Source: Ruminococcaceae bacterium UBA5295 (GTDB lineage Bacteria > Bacillota > Clostridia > Oscillospirales > Acutalibacteraceae). Taken from it: 64,000 nucleotides of DNA. This document shows positions 63,006 through 64,000 of this stretch, piece after piece. Below the pieces are notes generated by a model that saw only the letters and a list, made by a program, of their open reading frames with translations, was not told the origin of the DNA and did no database searches. Both the position numbers and the translations under genes were made by a program. The stretch spans positions 40,606 through 104,605 of the forward strand of contig DHSD01000027.1 of assembly GCA_002411365.1 (NCBI GenBank), written 5' to 3'. Numbering within the stretch: the stretch's first letter is position 1; every line of letters begins with the position of its first letter.

Positions 63006-63388
63006 TTGAGTACCTTCCGCGCCTTTGCCTTTTGCACGAAATGCTCTGCCTTTACGCTTACGCGTTCGTGTTCACCGGAAGCCACAGGGCCGGTCTCATC
63101 GCTTGCAGAAAGGCTGAAACGGAAAACGCGGTCTTTCTGCCCAGTGAGCTTCACCTTTACTGTCAGTTTTGCACCGCAGGGGGTTGGCGCAGTGTGATGC
63201 ACTGTAATTTCCGTCCCAACCGTGGTTATCCCTTCAGGAAGGCTGGCCTGAGCAATATCAGCTGCTGCACTTTCAAAAAGAGCTGAAACTACAGGCGTGG
63301 CCAGCACAGGCAGGGAACCGCTCACCACATGATTTGCGAGCATGTCCTCCGTAACTGTGTACTCTTTTTCAAGTTCATTCTGTGTCAT
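63002..63388 (-). CDS. FlK-like hotdog thioesterase
   Basis: VLATP..E, TVGT and H.APTP motifs (Thr-Glu-His triad); GGAGG RBS. Confidence 0.88.
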   Translation of the reverse strand: MTQNELEKEYTVTEDMLANHVVSGSLPVLATPVVSALFESAAADIAQASLPEGITTVGTEITVHHTAPTPCGAKLTVKVKLTGQKDRVFRFSLSASDETGPVASGEHERVSVKAEHFVQKAKARKVLK

Positions 63389-63625
63389 TTTATGTTCCTC
63401 CATTTTCATATGCGTATGTATGTGTAATCTTTCTTTTCACATTGTCTATACTATTATAACATAGTGTATTGGCCTTATCACTACTGATTTTCAACGGCTT
63501 TAAATACGGGCGGCGAACCATATTTCTGCATATTAATCAGGCGGAAAAATGTGAAAATCCGTTGACATTTGCAAAATACGGAATTATGATAGAAACAGTT
63601 GCATATGAGAATGGGGGGATTATTT

Positions 63626-63847
63626 ATGGCATATAAAGCCGTTATCTATGCAAACAAAACGACGGAAGGCCTGAGCGTGATCGACATCAATGTTTTAGAT
63701 GATGCCACCGGAAGGTTTCTTGCAAGGCCTACAAAAAGTTTTATTGATGACATCAATACGGTTCCTTTTCTCGACTATGAGCGAGTGAAACAGATAGTTT
63801 CAAAGCAGTATAAAATTCCAGCCACAAATATTTCTTTTGCAAAGTGA
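63626..63847 (+). CDS. Small hypothetical protein (73 aa)
   Basis: Own promoter TTGACA-N17-TATGAT (63562-63590), GGGGGA RBS and terminator acgcctgattaaacaggcgttttttt. Confidence 0.75.
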   Translation: MAYKAVIYANKTTEGLSVIDINVLDDATGRFLARPTKSFIDDINTVPFLDYERVKQIVSKQYKIPATNISFAK

Positions 63848-64000
63848 CGCCTGATTAAACAGGCGTTTTTTTCTGCCATGCAGTGGGAATGGCGGCCGGT
63901 TCCATGCTATAATAACTTTATAGGTTTTCCGGCGGCTTCAGCCGCCGGAGCTGCCGGAGGTGTGTGATTTGCCCGAAAACGAAGCGGCACAGGAGAAAAC

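Noticed and set aside
63928-64000. Hairpin, RBS and start of a gene at the window edge
   Set aside because: Too little sequence to call a product.

Overview
Chromosomal origin region of a spore-forming clostridial Firmicute; gene content and style suggest Oscillospiraceae/Ruminococcaceae (inference). Gene orientation flips at rpmH/dnaA (~40.2-42.5 kb), which marks oriC. Left of the origin, mostly on the minus strand: rpmH-rnpA-yidD-yidC-jag-mnmE-mnmG-rsmG, noc, soj-spo0J, serS with an acyl-ACP thioesterase, guaB, three tRNAs, a BirA-regulated bioY/bioB island, rplM-rpsI, a YabE-like G5/3D protein, rpe, spoVT, the rimP-nusA-infB-rbfA-truB-ribF operon, rpsO-pnp, proBA and pgm. Right of the origin: dnaA-dnaN-yaaA-recF-remB-gyrB-gyrA with four extra membrane-protein genes inserted, nudF, DUF1015, a GldAFG/DUF4340 ABC module and a TPP riboswitch-thiT unit. 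I found no CRISPR array, rRNA, transposase or prophage. The window is mostly housekeeping. The most notable observations are: (1) oriC built from non-canonical TTTTCAACA boxes together with altered DnaA domain IV residues, plus satellite box clusters; (2) two promoter-terminator units without an ORF (candidate sRNAs); (3) a tRNA-Val 3'-end duplication enclosing a palindromic mini-element; (4) a probable type II BioB and an orphan BirA site; (5) a WalR-like box upstream of yabE; (6) Zn-ribbon and YcxB gene pairs inside the gyrase operon; (7) a Nudix protein with a degenerate catalytic box. All calls were made by eye without database searches.
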